Assembly: GCA_013265495.1 (NCBI GenBank)
Contig: MU057487.1
Coordinates: forward strand, 992,001 to 1,056,000
Direction of reading: 5' to 3'
Length of the DNA stretch: 64,000 nt
From: Vicugna vicugna
Taxonomy: Eukaryota
The notes under the pieces are model-generated. The model ran no database searches and was not told the origin of the DNA. It saw only the letters and a program-made list of their open reading frames with translations. Of this stretch, positions 12,276-23,460 are shown piece by piece (positions within the stretch are counted from its first letter, which is position 1; the number at the start of each line of letters is the position of its first letter). A program made the position numbers and the translations under genes.

Positions 12276-12689
12276 GCCACTCCATCTGCTCTCCAGCAGA
12301 CCACGTGCATCCATAGGAAGTGCCCAGGCCTTGCTTGCTCTGACAAACAGAGTGCTGGCTTACACAAGTGCAGCTCCATTAGTGTACTACCACAGGCCAC
12401 CTGAGCTTTCTTGGGCATGACCCAACACTAAGCTCTATGCAACATTCAACTTCAAGGAACATAGTTCTGAGTGGTCCTCTTCACAGCACCCACCTTGGAG
12501 TGCTTCTTATCTCTCCTCCTCCCTCTTAGAAACAATGACCTTACAGGTCCTCTCTCCAATCTCTGACCCTTCCTTGTAATGCCTGCCCTGATGAGCCCAA
12601 TAGTCACAAAGCCCTTTCCATAACATTTTCTTTGTTTAATCCTGCAGAAGGAACTCTTTTTTAAGACTGTCTTAGTATTTAAAATTTAC

Positions 12690-13170
12690 TTTGTTGGCAC
12701 GTTGGTAGAAATTTTATTTTTAATATCCTGTTATACATAGTATCATCAATTGTTTGGTATTATAAATGATTCTGCAGGGAATGTTCTTGTATTTACATAA
12801 TTTCATAAATGTTCAAGATGTTAGATAAGTTCAAGAAGTGGAATTGGTGGCTAAAGGGTCCTTATTTTGACTTTTGATGGCCATTGCTAAACTGATATTT
12901 ATATAGCTTTATTCCTATATGCAGATGTATACTAATTTACACTCCCAGAAGCTAACAGTTGAGGGACACTGTTGCCACCACCAAGACATGACATCTACCT
13001 TTTGAGCTGTGCCTATCACATTCATGATAAAATATTTTTATTGCATTTCTCTTACACTGATTAGAAATGGGGACATGTTAAGATGGTGAGCTATTTGCAA
13101 TCATAAGTGTTTCCTATGTGTTTTATGTTTTAGAATCTAGAGTACTTTGGCCATTTTTAACTGACTTGCA
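12690..13170 (-). mobile_element. Old L1 (L1ME-type) 3' fragment
   Basis: TATTATAAATGATTCTGCAGGGAATGTTCTTGTA…AAGAAGTGGAATTGGTGGCTAAAGGG…AATTTACACTCCCA. Confidence 0.7.
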
Positions 13171-13589
13171 AGAATTCAAGTGGCATGAAGCCAACATGTG
13201 ACTGCAACTAATTTTGAGACTCTTCCCAAGGGAAAGAACCAGGAAAAGACAATGTGAGACAACAGGGATCAGCAATCAGAGCTGTGAAGCCCAGACTCTT
13301 ACTGACATTTTCTGACTCTTAGAGATTTTACTTTGACCATTTACAGCTTGTAGAGTGATAATCATGAAGATCTTCTTAGGACTCTAGTGTGTTGTCTCTT
13401 TCTCCCTCAGGGGAGGATACAGAAGCAGAGGCTCCATTCAAGAATGTAGAGGTATCTCTTTGATTGGGGCTCAGTTTGAGAAAGGAAGAGTTAATATTAT
13501 ACCATCTTGAATTAAAAAGGAATACTCTTAAGAATGCTGACATACAAGCAATCTGTAAGATGTGAGTAAATTCCTAACTCCAAGTTTGT

Positions 13590-13695
13590 TATATTTAAAT
13601 GTATATTTATTATGATAATATAAAATATATTTAATATATAACATAAAATATAGTTAAATGCATATTTATTACAATATAAATATATATTTAAATTG
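13590..13695. repeat. AT-rich low-complexity tract
   Basis: Almost entirely A/T over about 100 bp. Confidence 0.8.
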
Positions 13696-14271
13696 ATGGG
13701 AAACAATTAACCAAATTATTTAGGCCCATTTTCAATCAAAAACATTAAAGAATCTATAAATATCAAAATAATATGGATGCCTACTTAAAAACTCTAAATT
13801 TTGTGTCCTTCCTCAAATTGGATAGAGTGATTATAATGCTCTCTGTTATTTCAGATGAACATGACATTCAGTGCCCTTTAGTGTGGGATCTTACACAATT
13901 CAGGTTCTATATTGAGCATATAATTTATGTCCATTGACACGCTCTCTTGAACTGCTGAAGGAAAAAGAAAAGACGTCTTCAGTTCCCTCTCTGTGAAAAA
14001 TATAGGGCCAGGAAATGAGAATGCAGACCTCAGGTATTTTGATCCATTTAGAGAATCCTTAGTTCTGAATAATCCACATAAATAGTTTTGTGACAGACAA
14101 TATTTAATGGTGATTAAATGTTGGATCAAGAGACATCCAAGGATAGAATAATTTACCATGTTTGAATAAAATTTTTATTGTTTTCAAGGCTCTTACCCCA
14201 CCAGCATAATCATTGTGCTCAGATGCTCTTTCCTACCCTCTAACTGGATTAGCAATGCCTCCAAAATAGCA

Positions 14272-15319
14272 CAGGTAGTCCTCACTTTGCCCGGTAGTGC
14301 AGGGCCATGGGAATGACCATGCAAGCTGAGACCACACAAAGTGATCTTAATCATCAGTGGGAAAAGTCACGGTTGTTCCATGACTTTCAAAAATGTTTGT
14401 TAAAACTTTAAAGCTCTTTTACCATAGTTCATAAATACATAGAGAAATGTAAAACAGAGAAAAATAGTATTTATTTAGTATACTGTAATTTAAAATATTA
14501 GAACCATTGAGAATTAAAATTATTTCAGTGTACTTTTATCAAGAGTAGTTTGAATACTGTTTGTTTCTTCTTGTCATGGTTTAACTTAAGATACAAAAAG
14601 AGCATCTTTCCTGCTTTGGGGAATTGTCATAGCGCTAAGTTTTGATCGACTTCAAACATTTTAGCCTTTGTGCTTTCAACATTGTGAAGTATCTCTGAGA
14701 GTTCTTTTTATGTGAAGAGGTCACTGTCTCTAGGGCAGCTTTATCCTTTTTGCTCAACCACCTTCCTCGTTTATGCTGATAAGTTCACCTTCACTAAGTT
14801 TTCACTAAGTTCCTCTGGTTGCATATCTACAGTCTCTCAAATAGGCCATTGTCGACCTTCCCCACACCCAGCTATTTCTTCTGTAGTCCCATTTTATGTT
14901 CATTCAGTATGCTATCATTTGTCTCTTTGTTGCCTTTTCATCTTTCTTGGCTAGTTTGCTCTGCTGATTATTCATTTGTATAAAAGGTCATGTGGGCCTG
15001 TCCCTGGGAGATGAGGAAGCAGCGCAACTACATGCTTTGCTGTCTGCACGTGAACTGAAAAACAGAAGTGCAATGATCAATTACTGACAAATTTTGGAGG
15101 AAGTGACATGATTGGTCACTGATCATGATGGGCATCTGTTCGGGACATAGTGATTGTGGACTGAAGGCCTAGCAGGAAGTCTGGTCTAGATGTACTTGGC
15201 TCACTTAAGATGCCATGGGGACTGAAATTTGAATCGTGTCGTTGGACGACTGGTGTTAACTAAGCCGCAGTAACCGACCTTCATGCATAAGGGAACTGTG
15301 CAAAGCAAGGACTGACTTG
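14272..15319 (+). mobile_element. TcMar-Tigger DNA transposon, non-autonomous (Tigger6-like), both ends present
   Basis: Terminal inverted repeats CAGGTAGTCCTCACTTTGC (14272) and GCAAAGCAAGGACTGACTTG (15300-15319); length about 1.05 kb. Confidence 0.8.
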
Positions 15320-15504
15320 TTAGAAATAGAAATGCATTTATTTCTTTATTCATAAGTCCTGCCTTTTGGTAGCAGTTTAAAATCTTCTTTTTTTAGGAGT
15401 AGTTTAAGCAAATGAGAGGGAAAAAGCTGACAAAAGGTTAGGATCTGCTGAGAGATCATTCGTATGCACTTCTCTACATTTCACTTTATTTATCAGATGA
15501 CTTA

Positions 15505-15747
15505 CATAATATTTACTATGATGGGCATGTTCTAAAAGCTTTACAAACAGCATCCCATCCCTTTTAACCATCTTAACAATAGTGAGGCAGTTACTATTAT
15601 TTTCCCCCTCTTAAAAATGAGAAAATAGGAAAAGAGAAGATAAGTGGCTTGCCTAAGGTTACACAGTTTTTGGATGGCAGAGCAAGATTCAGACCTTGGC
15701 AGTCTGGCTTTGAAGGCTGTATTTTCAACCACTGCACAATGCTGCCT
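15505..15747 (-). mobile_element. Near full-length MIR SINE
   Basis: AAATGAGAAAATAGG…GGCTTGCCTAAGGTTACACAG…CAGTCTGGCTTTGAAGG…AACCACTGCACAATGCTGCCT. Confidence 0.85.
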
Positions 15748-16179
15748 TGTGTCATTGGCCTGAGTTGCTAATTCTGCAAAGTATCACATTATCAGGTCAT
15801 CGCTCTTCCAGGTATAGTTAGGTCTATCTCATTTATCGTTGTAGTTTATGATTATAGATAGAAGTTCAGTACATAAAGCTGACATTATTTATGACAGAGA
15901 TTACTAAGGCTCCACAGAGCTTAAGGGAGACGTTGTGCCTTTTTTTCAGAGGAGCTTGAATGCAAAGGGAATGATTTGGAGAAAAGAGTATGAAGCTAGT
16001 GACATTTCAGGGTCAGAGTCGACTAGTTCAGAGGGTCAGAAGGTTGAACTTCTGATCATGAAGCTCTACATGATGGTAGAAAAAAAACACCAGGGATTAT
16101 GGAATGAATAACTTATTTACTCCATTTCTACCCAGATTATAAGAGTCTCCTTAGGGAAATATTCAAGCCAACTCTACCG

Positions 16180-16700
16180 AAATTTAAATGGCATAAATTT
16201 TATTTTGCTTTGCAAACAGTTGTCCATCTCTCCAACCACTAAACCTGAAAATTATAAAAGTGAATTTTAATCAACCTGGCAAACATTGGGAAGAAAAATA
16301 ACTCTATTAAGTAAGCATAATGGATGGACACCGAAAATTCAAAAATATCCCACTTCTCTTCTTAAATGTCTGTTTGGAGAATCCTAGTAATCAGATAACT
16401 TAATCTGCTTCATTGGAATTGTGGTTAAAAATTAAAATGGTTGTTTATTTTTAAATCATCTTGTGTTTCATTGCCAGTTCCTGAATGTTTGCCTGGTGCC
16501 TAGCAACTGCCAACCATCCAATTTTCAGCGCTATCCTTTTCTTTCTTTGGCAAATAAAAATTTTTTAAAAAAGGTTATGCAGATTGTCACTAGAGATAAC
16601 TTATTTCATAAAACAATATGAATGACCCAGAATAAGCCATTCATGCATAAAAGGTCACGGTGAAGACCACAAGTAGAGGGTCTATTCCTCATGGAGTTCT
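16180..16700. promoter_or_regulatory. Candidate enhancer in a repeat-free block
   Basis: RFX X-box-like GGTGCCTAGCAAC (16495-16507), several CATAAA homeodomain-type motifs and forkhead-type TGTTTATTT. Based on motifs only. Confidence 0.3.
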
Positions 16701-17064
16701 TCTGTCCAATTTCCAAGCCCAGTTCCACTAGTGGTGAGAATATTCTTACTATCTCTACAATAGATCTTGGCTCCTGAGTGATTTCACTTAAAAGGAGGAA
16801 GAAAGGAGAGGATCAATACTGAAGAAAAGTTAGTAAACTTGGGTGCAGGTGTGGGATAGCACAGTAAAAAAAAATGAAAAAGCATATGAATTAGAGATAA
16901 GAGACAGGTTTGTGTCCCAGACAAGCGAACTAATCCATGCAGACAGCAGTTTCCATTAAGAAGAGAGAATCGAGCTATATGATCTCTAAATTCACTTTGG
17001 GCTCGAAATTTGAATAATACTACAAAGGCACTTTAATTACTTCAATGTCATCCAATACACTGTA

Positions 17065-17638
17065 ACGATCATTAGCTCACGCCACTCAATGCTGAAACGC
17101 TTCCATTGGCTTCCCATTTCTCTTAGAATAAAATCCCAAATCGTTATCATGGTCTGAAGCCCTGAGAGGTCTGTCTCACCCCAGCCACCTCTCCATTCAC
17201 ACCTCTACCTGTTCACATGTCTGCTTCCGTTACTCACACTTGCTAAGCTCGTGTCTGTCACCAGACTTTTGCCCTTCCTTTCCTTTAAACATTCTATGTT
17301 CCACATTCCTGCTTATCAAAGTTGTCATCTTCTTGTCCTTCAGATCTAAACAAATGTCACCTCCTCCTTTTCATAGAGGTTTTCCTCGTCCAGCTGACCT
17401 AAGGGATATTTTCCCCAGGTAATCTCTATCACCCACCTTGTTTTACTTTTCTCTATAGCATTTAAACAACCTGCAATGATCTTATTCATTCACTTGCTCT
17501 TTATCTGCTTTCTTCTGTACAAGAGCATAGACTATGGAAAGGCAAGGACCTTACCCATCTTATTCCCCCATGTATCCTCTGGAACAAGGCCTGGCAAAGA
17601 GTAGGCACTAAATACATATTTTGGAGATAAATGAATGA
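17065..17638 (+). mobile_element. L2a 3' end
   Basis: CTTCCATTGGCTTCCCATTTCTCTTAGAATAAAATCC…GCCTGGCAAAGAGTAGGCACTAAATACATATTTTGGAGATAAATGAATGA. Confidence 0.85.
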
Positions 17639-17721
17639 TCATATATCATTTACTGATGCAACACCAATGCCAAAAGCTTGGTGTGTAGTAGTCCTTCAAT
17701 AAATATGTTAATTTCTTTAAT

Positions 17722-18395
17722 TCTTATTTTTTATTGACATGTAGTCAATTTACAAAGTTAATTTCAGGTGTACAGCAAAGCAATTCATATATATATATTC
17801 TTTTCCATTACAGCTCATTACAAGAAATTGAATATAGTTCCCTGTGCTATACAGTAGGTTCTCGTTGTTTGTCTATTTTATACATAGGAATGTGTATCTG
17901 TTAATTCCAAACTCCTAATCTGTCCCTCCCTCCACCTCACCACTGATAACCAAAAGTTTGTTTTCTATGTCCATGAGTCTATTTCTGGTCTGTAAATAAA
18001 ATTTTTACCTTTTTTTTAAGAGTCCATATACAAGCGACATCATGTGATATTTATCTTTCTCTGTCTGACTTACTTCACTTAGTATGATAATCTCTAGGTC
18101 CATCCATGTTGCTGCAAATGGCATTGTTTCATTCTTTTTTACAGCTGTGTAGTATTCTATTGTATAAATATACCACATCTTCTTTATCCATTCATCTGTC
18201 AATGGATATTTAGGTTGTTTCCATGTCTTGGCTATTGCAAATAGTGCTGCTTTGAACACTGAGGTGCATGTGTCTTTTCAAATTATAATTTTCTCTGGAT
18301 ATATGCCCAGGAGTAGGATTGCTGGATCATATGCTAAGTCTATTTTTAGTTTTTTAAGGAACTTCCATACTGTACTCCATAGTGGCTGCAACAAT
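17722..18395 (-). mobile_element. Cetartiodactyl-type L1 3' fragment (ORF2 C-terminus plus 3' UTR)
   Basis: ORF 18005-18259 ([34 protein letters not shown]…WMDLEIIILSEVSQ) is the L1 ORF2p C-terminus; the 3' UTR contains TATAGTTCCCTGTGCTATACAGTAGG. Confidence 0.95.
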
Positions 18396-18485
18396 TTTCA
18401 GGAAATATGTTCTTAATGTAACTGAGTGAGTGAACTTGATCATTTTCTTAAAAAGATGTCAGTATGAATTATATATTATGCATTC

Positions 18486-18977
18486 TGTATTAGTTTCCTA
18501 TCACTGCTGTAACAAATTCCCATAAATGTGGTGGGTTAAAATACCACAGTTATTATTTTATGGTTCTGGAGGTCAGAAGTCTAACACGAGTCTCATGGGG
18601 CCAAAATCAAGGTGTTTGCAGGGCTGCATTTATTCTGGAGGTTCTAGGGGATAATCTATTACCTTGTTCTTTCCAACTTGTAGAGGTTGCCTGCATTCCT
18701 TGGCTCATGGCTCCTTCCAGCTTCACCGCCAGCGATGGCCAGTTGAGTCTAGTTCACTCTGATGCTGATTCTCCTGCCTCCTTCTTTCACTTACATGGAC
18801 CTCTGGAATTCTATTGGGCCTACGTGGATAATTCCAGAATAGTCTCCTCATCTAAAAGTCCTCAACTTAATCACATCTGCAAAGTCTCTTCTGCCATATA
18901 CCATAATACATTCCAGGTTCCAGAGATTGGGACATGGACATCTTTGGGGTGGTGGGGGCATTATTCTTCCCGCCACA
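18486..18977 (-). mobile_element. MLT1D-like solo LTR (ERVL-MaLR), full length
   Basis: Starts TGTATTAGTTTCCTATCACTGCTGTAACAAAT and ends GGACATCTTTGGGG…CATTATTCTTCCCGCCACA (TG…CA termini). Confidence 0.9.
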
Positions 18978-19479
18978 TTGTCATCTGGTATAATTCCAGA
19001 AACAAATCACCCTTGTCTTGGGTAATCCTACGGAAATCTCTTATCTTTCAAACACGTGCGACATTGTCACATTCTGAAGAGGAATTCCCCATGAATAATC
19101 TGTCTCATTTTCCCATCTCAGGGCTGTAGCCTGAGGGTGTGAGTAATGCCACTCTGCATAAATTGAGCAAAGGGTTTAGACAGCTACTTCCTAAGCATAT
19201 AAACAGCCTAAAAATTAGCAGACGTTGACATCTCTGGGTAGGCAAAAAAAAAAAATCCATTTCTGTGGCTGGTAGAGATAATTACAAAGAGAGAGAACAC
19301 ATTCCATTGCCATCACCAAAATAAGAAGGACAACACCACTGTATACTGGAAGAAGATAAAATTCAGTGAGTCAAGCAAATTGCATCATTATGAGAAGGAT
19401 CTATCTTAAGCCTGAGAGATGGGGGGAGAGGAGCAGGCGGATGGACTCCAGAACCAGCACCGAGCTGAGGCCATTCTCT

Positions 19480-19900
19480 TCCCTTGCCAAGGCTAAGTCA
19501 GCCCAGACAATTAAGCAAACCCAGGGGCCTAACACATTAACTTGCCATCAATATATTCTATCTGCCTTGGCATGGCCAGTGTTTCCGGCATTATTTATGA
19601 AGGCCGTCTTGCTATATTTGCACAGCATGCAGCATTGTTCATAGCAGGCTACCGATTATTGTCAATGAATTATGCCCCACAAGCTCCTAGCCCTTTGTGC
19701 TTATGCCTAATAACTAAATCAGCATAGCTGCTTCTCTGTGTTCTGCTTAAGACTGTAACACAGCCATAAATAAACTACCCGTGGCAGGATCCATTTGGCG
19801 TCAGTGACTACCACTGCAAAGTTACAAGTTCGTATTTTTCCCCGCTGTACTATAAACAATGTTCATTGCTAAGATTTTTTTTTTAAGGTGATGAACCCTA
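19480..19900. promoter_or_regulatory. Candidate conserved non-coding element / enhancer
   Basis: Repeat-free; dense TTTATG/CCATAAA, CATTGTT/AACAATG and TGGCGTCA motifs plus retained CpGs. Confidence 0.35.
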
Positions 19901-20620
19901 AACACAGATAGCAGTATTCCTGAGATCTCATATTGCTTGAATTGTTAACCATGCCAAAATATCCATCAGCCCTCATTTGGGAATTCACCAGTGACGGATG
20001 GGAAGAATAACCGCAGAGAAGTGGGAATTCCTACACTGTCATTCTTCTCTCTCAATTATTAAAAATTGCATGGAAATATATCTTCTAATGCTCAGAGGAG
20101 GCTGGATTTTTTCTCCTGCTAACAGGCGTGCCTTGTGAGAGAGCTTCCACAGAGCCTAGTGGACCTCAAAATTTGCAGTTCACAGCCCAGTTTGATAAAG
20201 ATAAAAATTATTCCAAGATTTCCCCTTTACCTCTTCCCAAAGGCCATGTAGAAACACTTTACCGAATTAACAGGAAAATGGGTGCTCCTTTTGCTAAAAT
20301 ACCACAAGGGCAATCTCTGTGCCTGATGCCTCATTTAAATGTCTCTAATGAGTATTTTTCAAATTCATGCAAGAAGCAAGCATTTAGAAAGATGTATTAA
20401 CCTCTTTGATGGAATCACTAAAGACACTGCTTGATTTATGACTCATGACTTACGAAGATGCAAACAAAGTGCCACAAACACTAGAGAGGGAGGCAGAGCA
20501 AGAGTCCTGGACAGAGTGGTCTTGTTTGTCAACTGTGGTGATGAGGGACATCACCCCTAAAGGGTCCAGGGGTGCTGCTCCTCTCCTGGACTTCCCTTGG
20601 CCTGGCCATTCTCACCAGGG

Positions 20621-21039
20621 CGTGTTAGTTTTCAAACCAAAACAAGTTACCACAACCTGGGTGACATTAAACACCAGAAATTTATTCTCTCACCACTCTA
20701 GAGGACGGAAGTCCACAATCAAGGTGTCGCAAGGCCACACTCCCTTGGAAAACTCTGGAGGAGAGTTCTTCCTTCTTTCTTTCAGTGTCTTGTGGCTCCA
20801 GGTGTTCCCTGGCTCATGGCTGGGTAACTCCAGTCTCTGTCTCCATCTTCCCTGTGTGTCTCTGTATCCAAATCTCCCTCTGCTTCCAGTTATAAAGACA
20901 CCCATCTGATGATTATATCCTCAAGATCCTTAACTAATTACATCTGCAAAATCCCAATTTCTAAATAAGGCTGCATTCTGAGATTCCAGGCAGACATGAT
21001 TTTTTTTTTGTAGGTTGGACGCTATTCAATCTACTCCAC
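20621..21039 (-). mobile_element. MLT1C-like solo LTR
   Basis: CAAGTTACCACAACCTGGGTG…CAGAAATTTATTCTCTCAC…AAGTCCACAATCAAGGTGTCG…TAATTACATCTGCAAA…CTATTCAATCTACTCCACA. Confidence 0.85.
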
Positions 21040-21409
21040 AAAGTCTCGGTCCTCTGCCGGGTTAGGCTGTTCAGAGAAGAATTTGCATTCCCATGGCTCC
21101 CAAATCTCCCTTCTGCACCTGCCCTGTTCCCCTGATCCTCACAGGACGTGGAAGGAGGCTGGAGCCTGGACAGATGCAGAACAAAGCACGCCTACCCTGC
21201 TGGCCGTCGCTCCTGCCCCGCGGCCCTGCTCCACACCCCAGGCTTTGTCCCCTGGGAATCACCCAGCTGAGCTGCCTCCATTCTATCCCCCACCTTCTCT
21301 GGGGAGACAGGCCTCTGTCTCCAAGGTTCTCTTCTTCCCACTGGAAGACTTTACAACCCGCCACTCCAGGGCTCAGGCAACCTGGAGGGACTCGACTTTT
21401 TATTTAAAA

Positions 21410-23460
21410 TAACTTTTTTTTCTCTATAAAGATGATACAGCCTAGTTCCAAGATGATTTTTTAAGAAATAATGAGAATATGAAAAGGATGAAAATTGTCA
21501 TCAATCCCACCCCATAGAGGCCACCACTTCACTGTTTAGATGAATCCCCAACAGTCTTTCTCCATGAAACATATTCCTTATTTAAAAGAGTTAGGATGAG
21601 CATACGCATATTGTTGCCCAGTCCCTTGGATCTCAGATGCACAACATTGAATGAATTGATACATTTAATTTTATGATATAATAAACACCCATGAAAACAA
21701 CACTCAAGAATTAGAATTTCTTTGTAGCTTTGCTCTTTTCATATGCTCTGTCCTAATCATTTCCTCCTGTCACTAATAATGTCTCAAATATGATTTTAAT
21801 AGCTGTTTGTTATTTTGTGTTACACATGCATTGCAATTAATTTAAACCATCCTACGTTATGGACACTTAGATCAAGTCCAATTTTAATAAAAATAATAAT
21901 AAGGCAATGTATAACTTTGTTCACAAATCTTCTTGAATATCTCTGATATTATAACAAAATATAATTCTTAATCAAAAGATAAAGATGTTTTAACATTTTT
22001 GATACATAAGACTAAACCTCTAGCTTATAAAAATTTATAATTTCACCATTTGGTTCATTATTCTCGTCAAACACTATTAACTGTGTCAACTTTGACTAAT
22101 TTAAAAGACAATGTGATAGCATTCTAATTTGTATGTCTTTGATTACTAGTGAATTTAGAGATTCTCTTCTTGTATTTATGAAACATTATACTTCTTGTGT
22201 GATGGCCTCTTTGAATTCTTTACCTATTTTTTCCTACTGGGATATTTATCTTTGTGACAATTCATTTGTTCATTCAACAGATTTTTATTTAGTGTCTGCA
22301 ATGTGCCAGACAGTAGGCTGGATTGAGGGAAAAGAATGCTGTGCAGTAGGGGGAAAATGGTGTGTTGATTTCTGCCTTCATGGAAAATTATGTTCATTTT
22401 TTCATAAATTTATGGAATCTCTTTATGTATTAAGACTATTAACCCTTTGTCATGTGTCACTAGCATTTTTACTAATTTGTCATTTATTAATTTTTGTGTA
22501 TGGTAGTATTGTTTTACAGAAGTCTATGGGGAGATATTTTGGGGGGAGTGGGAACAAAGGGAAAGAGTTTATTCTTTGAGAGAAATTTCTCATCAAAAAT
22601 GTCCATTTTCAAGAACATGGATGGACCTAGAGATTATCATACTAAGTGAAGTATATCAGAAAAAGAAAGACAATTACCACATGATATCATTTATATGTGG
22701 AATCTAAAATATGATACAAATGAACTTATTTACAAAACAGAAACAGATTCATAGACATAGAAAACTTAAGGTTACCAAAGGGGAAAGGGAAGGGGAAGGA
22801 TAAATTAGGAGTTTGAGATTAGCAGACACAAACTGCTATATACAAAATAGATAAACAACAAGGTCCTACTGTATAGCACAGGGGACTGTATTCAGTAGCT
22901 TACAATAACCTATAATGGAAAAGAATCTGAAAAAGAATTTGTATATATACATGTATATGTACTACTGAATCACTTTGCTGTACACCTGAAACTAACATAG
23001 CATTGTAAATCAACTATACTTCAATTTTTTAAAAAAAGTCCAGCTATTATTCTTATTCGCTTATGTTTTCCATTTGGACCTTATTTTGATATATGAAATG
23101 AGGTTTTGGAACCTTATTATTTTCCAAATGGTAATCAATTATCCCCCTGCCATGTATTAATGATCTGCCATTTTCTCATTGTTTAGAAACTCATGTTTAT
23201 CATACTTGTTTTATAAACATCCAGGTCTGTGTCTAAGCTTTCTGCCCATTCCATTGTTCAGTCTATTCTTAGGCCAATGTTACAGTATGCATTATTCAAG
23301 GTTTATAACATGTCTACTATCCGACAGTGCAAATTCTAGCATTAAAAAAAATTCTTGTCTATTTTCACTCTCTTCTTTTCCCTCATCTGAGATAACTTTA
23401 TTATAAACACCAAACATATGAATAAAAACCTCCCATGGAGACCTTGGAATTGTCATAATA
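21410..23460 (-). mobile_element. Fragmented old L1 (L1ME-type), interrupted by an L2-like piece (about 22260-22390) and a younger L1
   Basis: Antisense L1-like motifs: ATGGACACTTAGATCAAGTCC, TTCTAATTTGTATGTCTTTGATTACTAGTGA, TTTCCAAATGGTAATCAATTATCCCC. Confidence 0.6.
22606..23031 (+). mobile_element. 5'-truncated cetartiodactyl-type L1 with TSD
   Basis: AACATGGATGGACCTAGAGATTATCATACTAAGTG…AACAAGGTCCTACTGTATAGCACAGGG…CAACTATACTTCAA. TSD AAAAATGTCCA (22595-22605) versus AAAAAAGTCCA (23032-23042). Confidence 0.95.

Noticed and set aside
13394..13460. Possible + strand exon after TCTCTTTCTCCCTCAG
   Set aside because: The acceptor is good but the donor is weak (GTATCT), and there is no partner exon or recognisable peptide.
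17700..18415. Possible TSD (AAATATGTT) around the minus-strand L1
   Set aside because: The left copy coincides with an L2-type tail and is separated from the T-tract; too weak to call.
18560..19129. 189-aa ORF
   Set aside because: It lies mostly within an antisense MLT1D LTR, so it is repeat-derived.
20445..20909. 154-aa ORF
   Set aside because: It overlaps the antisense MLT1C LTR and has no protein-like features.
21045..21400. GC-rich patch with overlapping ORFs; possible CpG island
   Set aside because: It is only about 350 bp with few CpGs for its GC content, and the ORFs reflect stop-codon scarcity.
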